Below are positions 34,894 to 43,698 of a stretch of DNA of 57,135 nt, piece by piece. Numbering within the stretch: the first letter of the stretch is position 1; the number at the start of each line of letters is the position of its first letter. The stretch is from a virus (lineage: Duplodnaviria; Caudoviricetes): positions 1 through 57,135 of IMG/VR virus record IMGVR_UViG_3300035180_004116; one strand, given 5' to 3'. The notes beneath the pieces are model-generated. The model was given only the letters and a program-made list of their open reading frames with translations. It searched no databases and was not told where the DNA came from. A program made the position numbers and the translations under genes.

Positions 34894-37800
34894 TTACGTA
34901 CCGAATGCCATGTGTGGAACCATTGTCGTGACGACCGCACCACTGCCGGTGCTTGGCCAGGTGCCGAACGTCTGGGAAAGGGTCCAGCCGGCGAAGACAG
35001 AGCTGCGCAGCAGGGTTCCCACCGAGCTGGCGCCAGCAGCAGCGGGGCCAACGGTAGAGGTGATACTGCCGACTTGGACCGCCACGTCGAAATTGGCGGC
35101 AAGGAAGAAGCCGGGACCGGTCACATTGAAGTTGCCGCCGGACGGAACGCAGGTTTTGATCCCGGTTGTACCGGTGGAGACGGAGGCCGAGGCTGTGCCA
35201 AGCTGGCTGCCGGGAGCGCCGTTTGCGTTTGCGTATGCTGCCAACTGCACGTTGCCGGCAAGCAGGGTCGCAATGCGGACGTAGAAAGCCGCCAACGAGA
35301 TGTTCGAGGTCGTGGTGACCGGGACGTAATAGAAATAGATGGTGTTGGCGGTGACGTTGTTGGCCGACTGGCTGAGCGCCGGGCCTGTGTAGAACATGCT
35401 CGTCGTGTAGATGAGGCTCTGGCTTTCGGAGCCACTGCCAGATGGGGTGGCCCAGACGCCGTCGCCTCGCCAGAACGTGGTTGAACTGGCTGAGGTTCCG
35501 CTGTTGAGACGGCCGACCGGAATGTTCATTTCGGCGTCGTACAAGGTGACCGTAGCGCCACCTGGGATTGTTCCCTGGATGACGCCAGCAGTGCCTGTGC
35601 CGACCTTGTTGCCAGGAACCAGGATGATGTTGCCACCATTCTGGTTGGTGCCAACACCCGGCGAGCCAATAATTGTTACTGCGCCACCGTCACCAACTGT
35701 CGCCGTACCTCCCGCAAGCGCCAGAGTACCACCGTTGCCAGTGCCAACAGACGGGCCAGCGTTGATAGTTAAGGGGATGCCCGCACCACTGCTGTTCAGT
35801 GTCGTAATGATTGGGTTGACAGCGCCACCATTACCCAACTTCAGGGTGTTGTTGGCGTTGTCCCAGACGAAGTCGCCATCGCCACCGAAAGCGCCACTGT
35901 TGTTGAATTGGATCTGCTGGTTGGAGCCGCCAGGCGTGGCGCTACCGCCGGCAGGCGTTGCCCAGGTTCCGTCACCTCGCCAGAAGGTGCTGCTGGTCGC
36001 CGATGTGCCGCTATTCAGGCGGGACACCGGAAGATTCATGTTAGCGTCAAATAGGACAGACGTCGCGCCGCCGGGGGCTGTGCCCTTGATCTGGCCCTTG
36101 GTCCCAGACGTCGTGTTGCCAGGCTGGAGCAGGACATCGCCGCCCGTGCCAGTGCCGATGCCGGTGCCGCCGTTCAGACGAAGGACGCCGCCGGCACCGT
36201 TTGAAGTCCCACCCTGACCAGCAGTCAGGGTCATATTGCCGCCGGTTCCGGTTGTCCCGCCATTGCCGGAGGTCAGGGTAATCTGGCCACCGCCGAGATT
36301 GCCGAAGCTGTTGCCAGCAACCATGGTGATTTGGCCGCCGAGGGTATTGCCGCCCGTGCCCCCGTCGCCGGCCGTGAGGGAAAGGCCACCGCCATTGCCA
36401 GTGCCGCCACCGCCATTGCCGAAGGTCAGCACCCAACCAGAGCCAGCGTTGGTGCCAGAGCCAGAGACGCCATTGATGGTGAGGTTGGTGTTGGCAGCCC
36501 CCGTGGTCAGCGCACTGCCCGACCAGGTGAGGGCGCTGATGCCAGCAAAGGCGCCGGCATTGTTGTATTGGAGTTGGGTGGTGGAGCCGCCGGGGGAGCC
36601 GCCACCTGCCGGAGCGGTCCAGGTGCCGTCTGCCTTGAGGTACTTGCCGGCCGCGGCGTCGCCTGCGGCGGGGGCGGGGACCATGCCTTTGGTGCCACCC
36701 GATCCGCTGTCGCCGACCATGGCGTTGAGGAGGGCAGTGGCCTGGGTGGCAGTCAGATCGGTCGGGGCGGCAGAGCTGCCGGTGTTGTTTCCCTTGATCG
36801 TGTTGGCCGCCATGTTGGCCATGGAGATCGTGCCGGCGCCGGTGATCGGGCCACCGGTCAGGCCGGTGCCGGTCGCGACGTTGGTGACAGAGCCGCCGCC
36901 GGACGGCGCCGACCAGGTTCCATCGGCCCGGAGATAGTTGGTCGTGCCACCGCCAGACGCCGGGACCAGGCCCTGAAGGGAGCTGGTGAAGAGGGCGAGC
37001 ATGGCGGTGATCTGGGCGGTGGTCAGGTCGGCGACATTTGCCGTGCTGCCGGTATTGTTGCCCTTGATGGTATTGGCGGCCGCCTGGGCGAGCTTCGCAT
37101 TGGTGACGGCATTGGCTGCGATCGTGGCGGTGAAGCTGGCGGTGCCGGTGCCGGTCACGTCGCCCGTGAGGGTGATGGTCTGGTCGCCGGAATTGGTGCC
37201 GGTCAGGTTCAGCATCGTCTTGACGTTGGCGACGGTGAGGTCGGCAGCGTTTGCTGTTGAGCCGGTGTTGTTGCCTTTTAGGGTGTTCGCCGCCATCTGC
37301 GCGGCTTTGGCGTTGGTGACCGCGTTGTTGGCAATGGTGGTTGCGAAGGTGCCTGTGCCACTTCCGGTGACATCGCCGGTCAGGGTGACAGAGCCGCTGC
37401 CGCCACTCATGACGAGCGAGTACCAGGCGGTGCCGTCGCACCACAGGAAGAAGTCGCTAGTGAAGTTCTTCGAAGTGTTGGCGCCGTCGATCTGGTCGGT
37501 GCCGTTCGGGGTGAGGGTCGTGGTCCCCGTTACCTTGACGGCGATCATGAAGCCGTTGTTGGCCGAGGCCGCCGAGGGCAGCGTCTGAGTCAGGGTCGCC
37601 GTGTGGCGATGCAGGCTGAAGTTGTTGCCGATCGATAGGGTGTAGCTGGTGCCGTGGCTGACCACGGGCATCTGGTTGAGCGTGCCACCCAGGTTGCGGG
37701 CGGTGATCTTTGATCCGTTGGGTGGTGCGGCCGTGAAGGTGAGGGTAGTGCCGCTGGTGGTGTAGGCGACCGTCGGCTCTTGGGGGATGTTATCGATGGT

Positions 37801-38394
37801 GACGAAGATCGCCTGGACCGTGGTCGCGGCCACGCTCAGGGTGAACGCGGTCGTGGTGCCGTCGCCCGTGAACGTCTGATAGGGGATGTTGACCGCGCCG
37901 AGGACCGATCCGGCACTGGCGGCGGCCTGGTTGGCATAGGCTTGGGCCTGAGAAACGGCCGTATCGAGCGGCGTCTGGTCGAGGATCTTCGACCATTTGG
38001 TCGCATCGAAGGAGGCGGTCGAGAGGTGGGCGGTTTTGCAGGTGTAGTAGAGATTGTTGTAGGAGACGCAGTCGAGGTAGCCATAGGTCGTAGAGGCCGC
38101 CCAATTGCCGCGCGGCTGGAACATATCCTGGTTGGTGGCGGTCCAGCCGAGGTTGGGATCGCTGAAAAGGCCAACCCGGTATTCGAGATAGCCGGTCGTC
38201 TGGTTGACGCGAAACTGCCACAGGTCCGAATTGATGTTGCCCGTGCTGTCGAAGAGGATGTTGAGCAGATCGGGAATGGTTTTGTTCCCGAGTTCAGCCG
38301 CTTCCAGATAGTCGTCAAGGATGTGATCGCCGGTCTTCGACGACTTGAACAGGACTTGATCGGTAAGCGGGCGCGTCTGAGTCGTGTCGACCAT
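34894..38394 (-). CDS. Long tail fibre (1166 aa)
   Basis: Gly/Thr/Ala-rich with LTGDVTG, KGNNTG, QxQxNN and RxDGTW repeats. Confidence 0.88.
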   Translation of the reverse strand: MVDTTQTRPLTDQVLFKSSKTGDHILDDYLEAAELGNKTIPDLLNILFDSTGNINSDLWQFRVNQTTGYLEYRVGLFSDPNLGWTATNQDMFQPRGNWAASTTYGYLDCVSYNNLYYTCKTAHLSTASFDATKWSKILDQTPLDTAVSQAQAYANQAAASAGSVLGAVNIPYQTFTGDGTTTAFTLSVAATTVQAIFVTIDNIPQEPTVAYTTSGTTLTFTAAPPNGSKITARNLGGTLNQMPVVSHGTSYTLSIGNNFSLHRHTATLTQTLPSAASANNGFMIAVKVTGTTTLTPNGTDQIDGANTSKNFTSDFFLWCDGTAWYSLVMSGGSGSVTLTGDVTGSGTGTFATTIANNAVTNAKAAQMAANTLKGNNTGSTANAADLTVANVKTMLNLTGTNSGDQTITLTGDVTGTGTASFTATIAANAVTNAKLAQAAANTIKGNNTGSTANVADLTTAQITAMLALFTSSLQGLVPASGGGTTNYLRADGTWSAPSGGGSVTNVATGTGLTGGPITGAGTISMANMAANTIKGNNTGSSAAPTDLTATQATALLNAMVGDSGSGGTKGMVPAPAAGDAAAGKYLKADGTWTAPAGGGSPGGSTTQLQYNNAGAFAGISALTWSGSALTTGAANTNLTINGVSGSGTNAGSGWVLTFGNGGGGTGNGGGLSLTAGDGGTGGNTLGGQITMVAGNSFGNLGGGQITLTSGNGGTTGTGGNMTLTAGQGGTSNGAGGVLRLNGGTGIGTGTGGDVLLQPGNTTSGTKGQIKGTAPGGATSVLFDANMNLPVSRLNSGTSATSSTFWRGDGTWATPAGGSATPGGSNQQIQFNNSGAFGGDGDFVWDNANNTLKLGNGGAVNPIITTLNSSGAGIPLTINAGPSVGTGNGGTLALAGGTATVGDGGAVTIIGSPGVGTNQNGGNIILVPGNKVGTGTAGVIQGTIPGGATVTLYDAEMNIPVGRLNSGTSASSTTFWRGDGVWATPSGSGSESQSLIYTTSMFYTGPALSQSANNVTANTIYFYYVPVTTTSNISLAAFYVRIATLLAGNVQLAAYANANGAPGSQLGTASASVSTGTTGIKTCVPSGGNFNVTGPGFFLAANFDVAVQVGSITSTVGPAAAGASSVGTLLRSSVFAGWTLSQTFGTWPSTGSGAVVTTMVPHMAFGT

Positions 38395-38663
38395 CAGTCA
38401 ATCCCGAGCTTGTTCATGAGGCGGATGAGCTTGGGTTTGGTGAGGGCGTACTTGTCGTCTTCGACGTAGCGTTGTTCGAGGTTGGCCATCTGGGCAGCGA
38501 GGGTGGCTGCCGCATCCTGGAGTGCCGCCAGGCCCTGGCGCCGTTCGGTGATGAAGGCTTCGAGCTGGGTCGTGAGTGGAAGCATCGCTTCCGCGATGGC
38601 GATCTCGATATAGGCCCGCACCAGCGGGTCGATCATAGGATCGAGCTGTTCCTTGGTGGTCAT
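38394..38663 (-). CDS. Hypothetical helical protein
   Basis: Coupled to both portal and fibre genes. Confidence 0.65.
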   Translation of the reverse strand: MTTKEQLDPMIDPLVRAYIEIAIAEAMLPLTTQLEAFITERRQGLAALQDAAATLAAQMANLEQRYVEDDKYALTKPKLIRLMNKLGID

Positions 38664-40546
38664 CGCGCTGCCCTCATTGGGATCAAGTTGCCGCGCTCGA
38701 CTTGGCGCTGGACTTGGTCGTTGGGCATGGTCGTGGCACCACGCATCTTCTCCATGAGGGAGAGTTGCTGGCTGGGGGACATGCCCTGCTGTTGCTGTTC
38801 GGGGGAGATCTTGAACTGGTCGATGTCGCCGATACCCATCGAGCGGATGGCTTCTTCGACGATGCGGCCGGCGTTGTATTCCATGTTGAGGCCGGTCTGC
38901 TGGAGGATCTGGAGGATGTTCATCCAGGTCTCCGGGCTACGGGTCGGCTCGATCGGGAGGGTGCCGTCGACGACCATGTAGTTGATGTTGCCCTGAAGAT
39001 CGGCCACGTTGAAATCGAGGTAGCCGTCTTGCGCCATGCCGACGAGCTGCGGGTTGATTTCGTCGGGGTTGATGCGCAGCGAACCGTTGAAGGAGACGGC
39101 GTCCTGAAGGTTCTGGACGATCATGTGGATCATCGGCCGGATGGTCGTCGCCGAAAGAACCCGCGCGATGACGCCCAGACGCTGACTGCCGAGCTGGGAG
39201 AGGCGTTGGATCTCAGTGGCGGTGCGGACGCCGTCTGAGGTCGGCATGCCTTGCTGGGCGTCGCTTGCGGCGCTCAGGCGCTGCTTCAGCTCTGAGAGGG
39301 CTTGGATGTCTTGCCAATGACCGCGGGTGACGTCGGGAACTTGAGCGATGAAGACACCGTCTCCGGGCTTGGAACCGGGGAGGGTGCGAACCACCCCCCA
39401 TGGATTGCGGTCGACAAGATCGGGGACGGAGACTTGGGTGGGGTCGACGAAGATGAGGTTCGAGAGGGCCGCTTGGACATTGTCGATCCTTGAACGGAGG
39501 AGCCAGGTTGCGATGTTGTGAAGGGGCATCAAGACGTCGTAGAGCGATTGGCTGTAGGTCTTGTGCCGGTCGAAATAGAGGCCACCAATGGTGACGGGGA
39601 ACTGGCGTCCATAGGGGTTGAGCTGGGCGCGGATGACGTATTTCTCGTCGAGGATGGTGAAGACCATCCAGATCTGCTGAATGGACGGGACGCCAATCTC
39701 GTAGCCGTTGAGGCAGACCCAGGCTTCGTCGATGACGCGGGCCGGCGAGGTTGTGAAGAAGCGGCTCTCGCCGCGCTCGGCCGGTTCGGCGGGGTCGATG
39801 TTCAGGCCGTTGGCGTCGTCCTTGAAGAAGTGGTGGGAGAGCCACCCGAACTTGGAGAAGCCGGACTTGCGCAGCAGGGGATACTTGTTGAGCTTGGGAT
39901 AGAGGCCACTGCCAATGAGAGCGGAGGTCGAGGCATAGTCCGAGAAGACCATGTAGGCCATTTTCGACCAGTCCCCCCAGGCCACCCGTGGATCTGGGAA
40001 GGCCCGGCGCGGGTCGGAATTGACGATGATGTTGGTATTGGTGTTGCCGTCCCAGACCACCTTGGTCGGGGCAAAGCCGTAGCGGATAGAGTCGAGCGTG
40101 AGCTGGGCCAGGCGGGCTTCGCCTGCGGTCCGGCGCATGTGTTGATGGAGCAGACGTTCGAAGATCGCGGCCGCCTTGCGGCTATTGCGGTCCAGACCTT
40201 CGAGCTGGAACATCGGATTGCGGCCAGTGATGGCCGCCATCTGGTAGGTCAGGACCGTGTCGGCGATCGCGCGGGTATCGGCGATGACCGCCTTTTCGCG
40301 GAACTTGGTGGCCTGGGGCGGTACGTAGACGTCGTGTGCTCGGTCGGCTTCCAGCCAGGAATCGTACCGGCGGGAGATCTTGGAGTGAGACATCTCCGAG
40401 ATCTGTTTGACGAAGGCGACGATCTTTTGCTCTTGCTCGTCGGAGAGCATGTCGGAGACGTCGCTATAGTCCTGAAGGGGGGCCATCAGGTTTGCGAGGT
40501 CGACCACGATCTCGTCGTGGGATTGGCGTGTGTCGCGATAGTCCAT
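38660..40546 (-). CDS. Portal protein
   Basis: 628 aa directly after terL; RTATEI, QQGM motifs and Gln-rich tail of podoviral portals. Confidence 0.88.
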   Translation of the reverse strand: MDYRDTRQSHDEIVVDLANLMAPLQDYSDVSDMLSDEQEQKIVAFVKQISEMSHSKISRRYDSWLEADRAHDVYVPPQATKFREKAVIADTRAIADTVLTYQMAAITGRNPMFQLEGLDRNSRKAAAIFERLLHQHMRRTAGEARLAQLTLDSIRYGFAPTKVVWDGNTNTNIIVNSDPRRAFPDPRVAWGDWSKMAYMVFSDYASTSALIGSGLYPKLNKYPLLRKSGFSKFGWLSHHFFKDDANGLNIDPAEPAERGESRFFTTSPARVIDEAWVCLNGYEIGVPSIQQIWMVFTILDEKYVIRAQLNPYGRQFPVTIGGLYFDRHKTYSQSLYDVLMPLHNIATWLLRSRIDNVQAALSNLIFVDPTQVSVPDLVDRNPWGVVRTLPGSKPGDGVFIAQVPDVTRGHWQDIQALSELKQRLSAASDAQQGMPTSDGVRTATEIQRLSQLGSQRLGVIARVLSATTIRPMIHMIVQNLQDAVSFNGSLRINPDEINPQLVGMAQDGYLDFNVADLQGNINYMVVDGTLPIEPTRSPETWMNILQILQQTGLNMEYNAGRIVEEAIRSMGIGDIDQFKISPEQQQQGMSPSQQLSLMEKMRGATTMPNDQVQRQVERGNLIPMRAAR

Positions 40547-40552
40547 CCCCAG

Positions 40553-40584
40553 TTTCTATGGGGTGGTCGATTCGCGTGTCGTCC
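40553..40584 (-). promoter_or_regulatory. Putative late promoter for the portal gene
   Basis: GGACGAC-N19-TAGAAA, ending 6 nt before the ATG. Confidence 0.5.
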
Positions 40585-40591
40585 CTTTGGT

Positions 40592-42238
40592 TTATTCTCC
40601 CCAGCCTTTGAACATGGTGATGGGGGTCGATGTGAACGTCTGGGACATTTGGGAGTTGAGGGAGAGGGACGAGTTGAAGGGTTGATTGAGGATGGTTGAG
40701 TCGCCGATGTGCATCTTGGAGATGGCGTCGAGGGCGATGGTGACGGCGTCGACCTGGTCGTCGTTCTTGCCGGAAGGGAAGGCGACGGTCTCGGAGATGA
40801 AGTCGTCCAGCCAGGTGGCGTCCTTGGGCAGAAAGACCCGGCCACCCTCAATGAGGGGCGTGACGTTGTGGGCGCGGGCCACCTTGTCTTCGCGGACTTT
40901 GACGGGGATGACCGAGACGCCGGCCTCGGCGCGGAGCGTCTGGATCAGGGATTGGCCGGAAGCTTTGTCTTCGACGTAGAAACCGCGCAGGCCACGGCCC
41001 CGCCAGCGCAGGTTGATCGTGGTCGCCATCTTGGTCAGGGCCGGGAAGTCCCACTTGCCCCGGATGATGTCGAGGATGTCGATGTCGCCGTCGTGGCGGG
41101 CGCCAGCGATGGCAAAGACGGAGTAGTCGTTCTGGGTCTTGTCCTTGAAGGCGGTGTCGACGCCGATGACGATGCCGGCATAGGGGTTATCGGCCAGGTT
41201 CGGGACGGTCGCGCGATAGCGCCACCAGTTCGATTTGATGAGGTTGCCGCCCTTGATGAAGGGACGTTGCTGGTAGAGGGATTCGAACTCGCGGGGGTCG
41301 CGGGCCTTTCTTTTGAGGAGTTCGGATAGGGGGAAGCGATCGGGCCACAGGGCCGCGTCTACCGGGGCGTCGACATATTTGATGGGTTTGTTGAGGTGCT
41401 TGGGGATGTAGAGCGGGTCGGACGGGTCAAGGCGGTGACGCGGGCGTTTGAGGGACGATGGGACTTGGCGGATGGCGGGGATCGAAATGTGGACCCACTC
41501 GCCATTCTTCCATTCGTCGGTTTCCATGATGCGGCCGCACAGGTCGTCTGGGTGCCACCGGGTCAGACAGACGACTTCGATCGGGGGCTGGCCTTCGTCG
41601 TCGGGCTGTTTGCGGATGGCCACCGCGGACGTGTAGTCGGACCAGACCTTGTTGCGGACGGTGGCGGATTCGGCGTCGCTACGGTTCTTGATGGGGTCGT
41701 CGATGACGAGGAGGTTGGCCGGGCGGCCGGAGGTGGTGCCGTCCATGGAGATGGCGAAGTAGTTGCCGCCGTCCGTGGTAGTCCAATGGTCCGAGGCGGA
41801 GGTGTCGCGCAGGATGGCGAAGTCCGGGAAGGCTTGGAGGATGGAGGGTTCGGAAGAGAGGCGTTTGACTTCGCGGCCGAAGGTCTTGGCGAGTTCGGTG
41901 TTGTAGGAAACAGACATGGTGTGCCGGAACGGGCGCCGGGCCATGTAGTAGAGAGGGAACAGGACGGTGGCCAACCAAGATTTGCCGTGCCGGGGCGGCA
42001 TGTTGATCATCAGTTTGTAGCAGGGTTGGCCGGCGTCGTTAGTAAGGGTGCCCCGTTCCAGCCGATCGAGCTTGTCGATCAGGTCGAGCTGGAAGGGTTG
42101 GAGCTGGTATTTGGGGAAGAGGAGTTTGACGAAGCCAAGGAACGAGGATTCGGCTGCTTGGACGGCGAGCAGTTGGGCAGCGGCTTGGGCAGGCGTGACG
42201 ACGGCGGTCTTACGGGGCGTCGCTGGGGTCTGGGTCAT
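40592..42238 (-). CDS. terL: Terminase large subunit
   Basis: MPPRHGKS, LLVIDDPIK, TRWH.DDL.G, LYQQRP, VDTA, EDKASG, DDQVDA. Confidence 0.96.
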   Translation of the reverse strand: MTQTPATPRKTAVVTPAQAAAQLLAVQAAESSFLGFVKLLFPKYQLQPFQLDLIDKLDRLERGTLTNDAGQPCYKLMINMPPRHGKSWLATVLFPLYYMARRPFRHTMSVSYNTELAKTFGREVKRLSSEPSILQAFPDFAILRDTSASDHWTTTDGGNYFAISMDGTTSGRPANLLVIDDPIKNRSDAESATVRNKVWSDYTSAVAIRKQPDDEGQPPIEVVCLTRWHPDDLCGRIMETDEWKNGEWVHISIPAIRQVPSSLKRPRHRLDPSDPLYIPKHLNKPIKYVDAPVDAALWPDRFPLSELLKRKARDPREFESLYQQRPFIKGGNLIKSNWWRYRATVPNLADNPYAGIVIGVDTAFKDKTQNDYSVFAIAGARHDGDIDILDIIRGKWDFPALTKMATTINLRWRGRGLRGFYVEDKASGQSLIQTLRAEAGVSVIPVKVREDKVARAHNVTPLIEGGRVFLPKDATWLDDFISETVAFPSGKNDDQVDAVTIALDAISKMHIGDSTILNQPFNSSLSLNSQMSQTFTSTPITMFKGWGE

Positions 42239-42662
42239 TGGGTGGCACGTCGATTACAGGGGTGGCGGACGTGCGTTGCTTGGGTTGGGGCATCATTCCC
42301 CGCGCGATCTCTTCGAGTTGCGCCCTGGTCAGTTGATTGGCCGGGCGATCGTCGTGGATCGTCGTCATTTTGTGTTGGAGATCAGGCATGACTTTGCCCA
42401 GGAGGACCTGGAACAGCTTGATTTGCTGGTTCGACCAGGTCGATTTGCCGGCGAGAACGTCTTTGGCGTCCTTCATGTTGGCTTCGACTACCGAATAGAT
42501 GTCGTCGCGGAGCTTGTTTATCTTTTTGAGCGTGAGCTTTTGGTCAGACGTCGGCTCGATCGGGGCGGGCGCGATGACAGCCGTCGTCTTTTCGGGCGGC
42601 GGCGACGCGCGAAGGCTGATTTTCACGGAGGTCTGACTACGTTTGGGCGACGGAGTTTCCAA
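42210..42662 (-). CDS. terS: Terminase small subunit (start uncertain)
   Basis: Overlaps the terL start; LLGKVMPDL and LTRAQLEEI motifs. Confidence 0.65.
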   Translation of the reverse strand: METPSPKRSQTSVKISLRASPPPEKTTAVIAPAPIEPTSDQKLTLKKINKLRDDIYSVVEANMKDAKDVLAGKSTWSNQQIKLFQVLLGKVMPDLQHKMTTIHDDRPANQLTRAQLEEIARGMMPQPKQRTSATPVIDVPPNDPDPSDAP

Positions 42663-42904
42663 TTTTGCTCGCGCTATTGGAGGGGTTGGGGATGGCGATT
42701 GCGGATCTGAACGGCGGGGTCGGGGTGCCGCCCCCTATGTCGGTCTCGGTATGAAAAGAGTGTAGTTCCTGGCAGAAAATTGGCAGGTTTACAGCTAACT
42801 GTCTGGAAAAGCAGCATTTCCACTACCTCTCGGAGGGGTTAGTACCAGTTAAGACGTTAACTATTGTGTTCAGACTGTTAAATATATTGAACACTCAGAC
42901 TGTG

Positions 42905-42936
42905 ACTATCAATCATCTTCGACAACCCTGTCGTCC
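42905..42936 (-). promoter_or_regulatory. Putative late promoter heading the packaging operon
   Basis: GGACGAC-N19-GATAGT. Confidence 0.5.
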
Positions 42937-43019
42937 CTCCAAAGGAGGGGGGAGGCGAGTGGTCCTGGTGAGCTGGACAGATGGCGATCCCCGCCACGCA
43001 GCTCGCGGAGATCACGCAC

Positions 43020-43331
43020 ATGAACGCCACCAAGACCGCCTTCTCGATGACCCTCGACCAGATGCGCGCAGCCGCGCCGAACGCAAGCCCGGAGCTTCGC
43101 TCCGCGATGCTCGCTGAGATCGTCCGTCGGGGCGAGAAGCACGCGGCCAAAGGCCGCAATCCCGAATCCTACCGCGCAGCCTGGGCCTTCGTGAACGGCT
43201 CGGGCGTCTCTGCGCCCAAGCCCGTGAAGCGCACCAAGGCGCCCAAGGTCGCAGATGACCGTCTGACCAAGATCGAGCAGTCGATCGCCGCGCTCGCTCA
43301 GGCCGTCGCCGCTCTGTCGGCCGCGCATTGA
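43020..43331 (+). CDS. Early hypothetical protein (basic, Ala-rich)
   Basis: GCGGAG RBS; first gene of the rightward region. Confidence 0.7.
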   Translation: MNATKTAFSMTLDQMRAAAPNASPELRSAMLAEIVRRGEKHAAKGRNPESYRAAWAFVNGSGVSAPKPVKRTKAPKVADDRLTKIEQSIAALAQAVAALSAAH

Positions 43332-43332
43332 T

Positions 43333-43416
43333 CGCACGCCAGGGCAGCCGGATGCCAACGGCTGTCCGCACGTGCAATCCCGCACGGCTCTGCCCGCCAT
43401 GGGCAAACACGGAGAC
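43333..43416 (+). ncRNA. Structured intergenic RNA element, copy 1
   Basis: Conserved with copy 2; 9-bp stem with compensatory changes. Confidence 0.6.
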
Positions 43417-43422
43417 CAGACC

Positions 43423-43620
43423 ATGACCGACCTCAACAGCATCGTCGCACTTCGCTGCCTGCGCCTCGTCAAGCAGCAGGAAGCCACCAGCGCCATGCGC
43501 GAGGGTCAACGCCGTCTTGAACACGGCCAACCCAGCCGCTCGATGTACGAGCAAGCCTTCATCAGCGCCCATCAGATGATGGACCTCGATCGCATCATCT
43601 CCAGCGCATCGGGCGAATAG
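43423..43620 (+). CDS. Early hypothetical protein (65 aa)
   Basis: ACACGGAGAC RBS. Confidence 0.7.
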   Translation: MTDLNSIVALRCLRLVKQQEATSAMREGQRRLEHGQPSRSMYEQAFISAHQMMDLDRIISSASGE

Positions 43621-43624
43621 GGAA

Positions 43625-43694
43625 CGCACGCCAGAGCAACTGCCACAGCGGTTGCTCGCACGTGCGCTCTGCACGGCAACCCAAACATGGAGAC
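43625..43694 (+). ncRNA. Structured intergenic RNA element, copy 2
   Basis: Same layout as 43333-43416. Confidence 0.6.
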
Positions 43695-43698
43695 TAGA

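Noticed and set aside
34894-38394. Diversity-generating retroelement or invertible fibre cassette
   Set aside because: No reverse transcriptase or invertase; repeats are protein-level modules, not adenine-specific TR/VR pairs
42838-42895. CtrA (TTAA-N7-TTAA) or alphaproteobacterial LexA (GTTC-N7-GTTC) boxes
   Set aside because: TTAA and GTTC half-sites are present but the spacings do not fit
43333-43694. Known self-cleaving ribozyme or mini-CRISPR repeat
   Set aside because: No hammerhead, twister or HDV core recognisable; only two copies, separated by a gene
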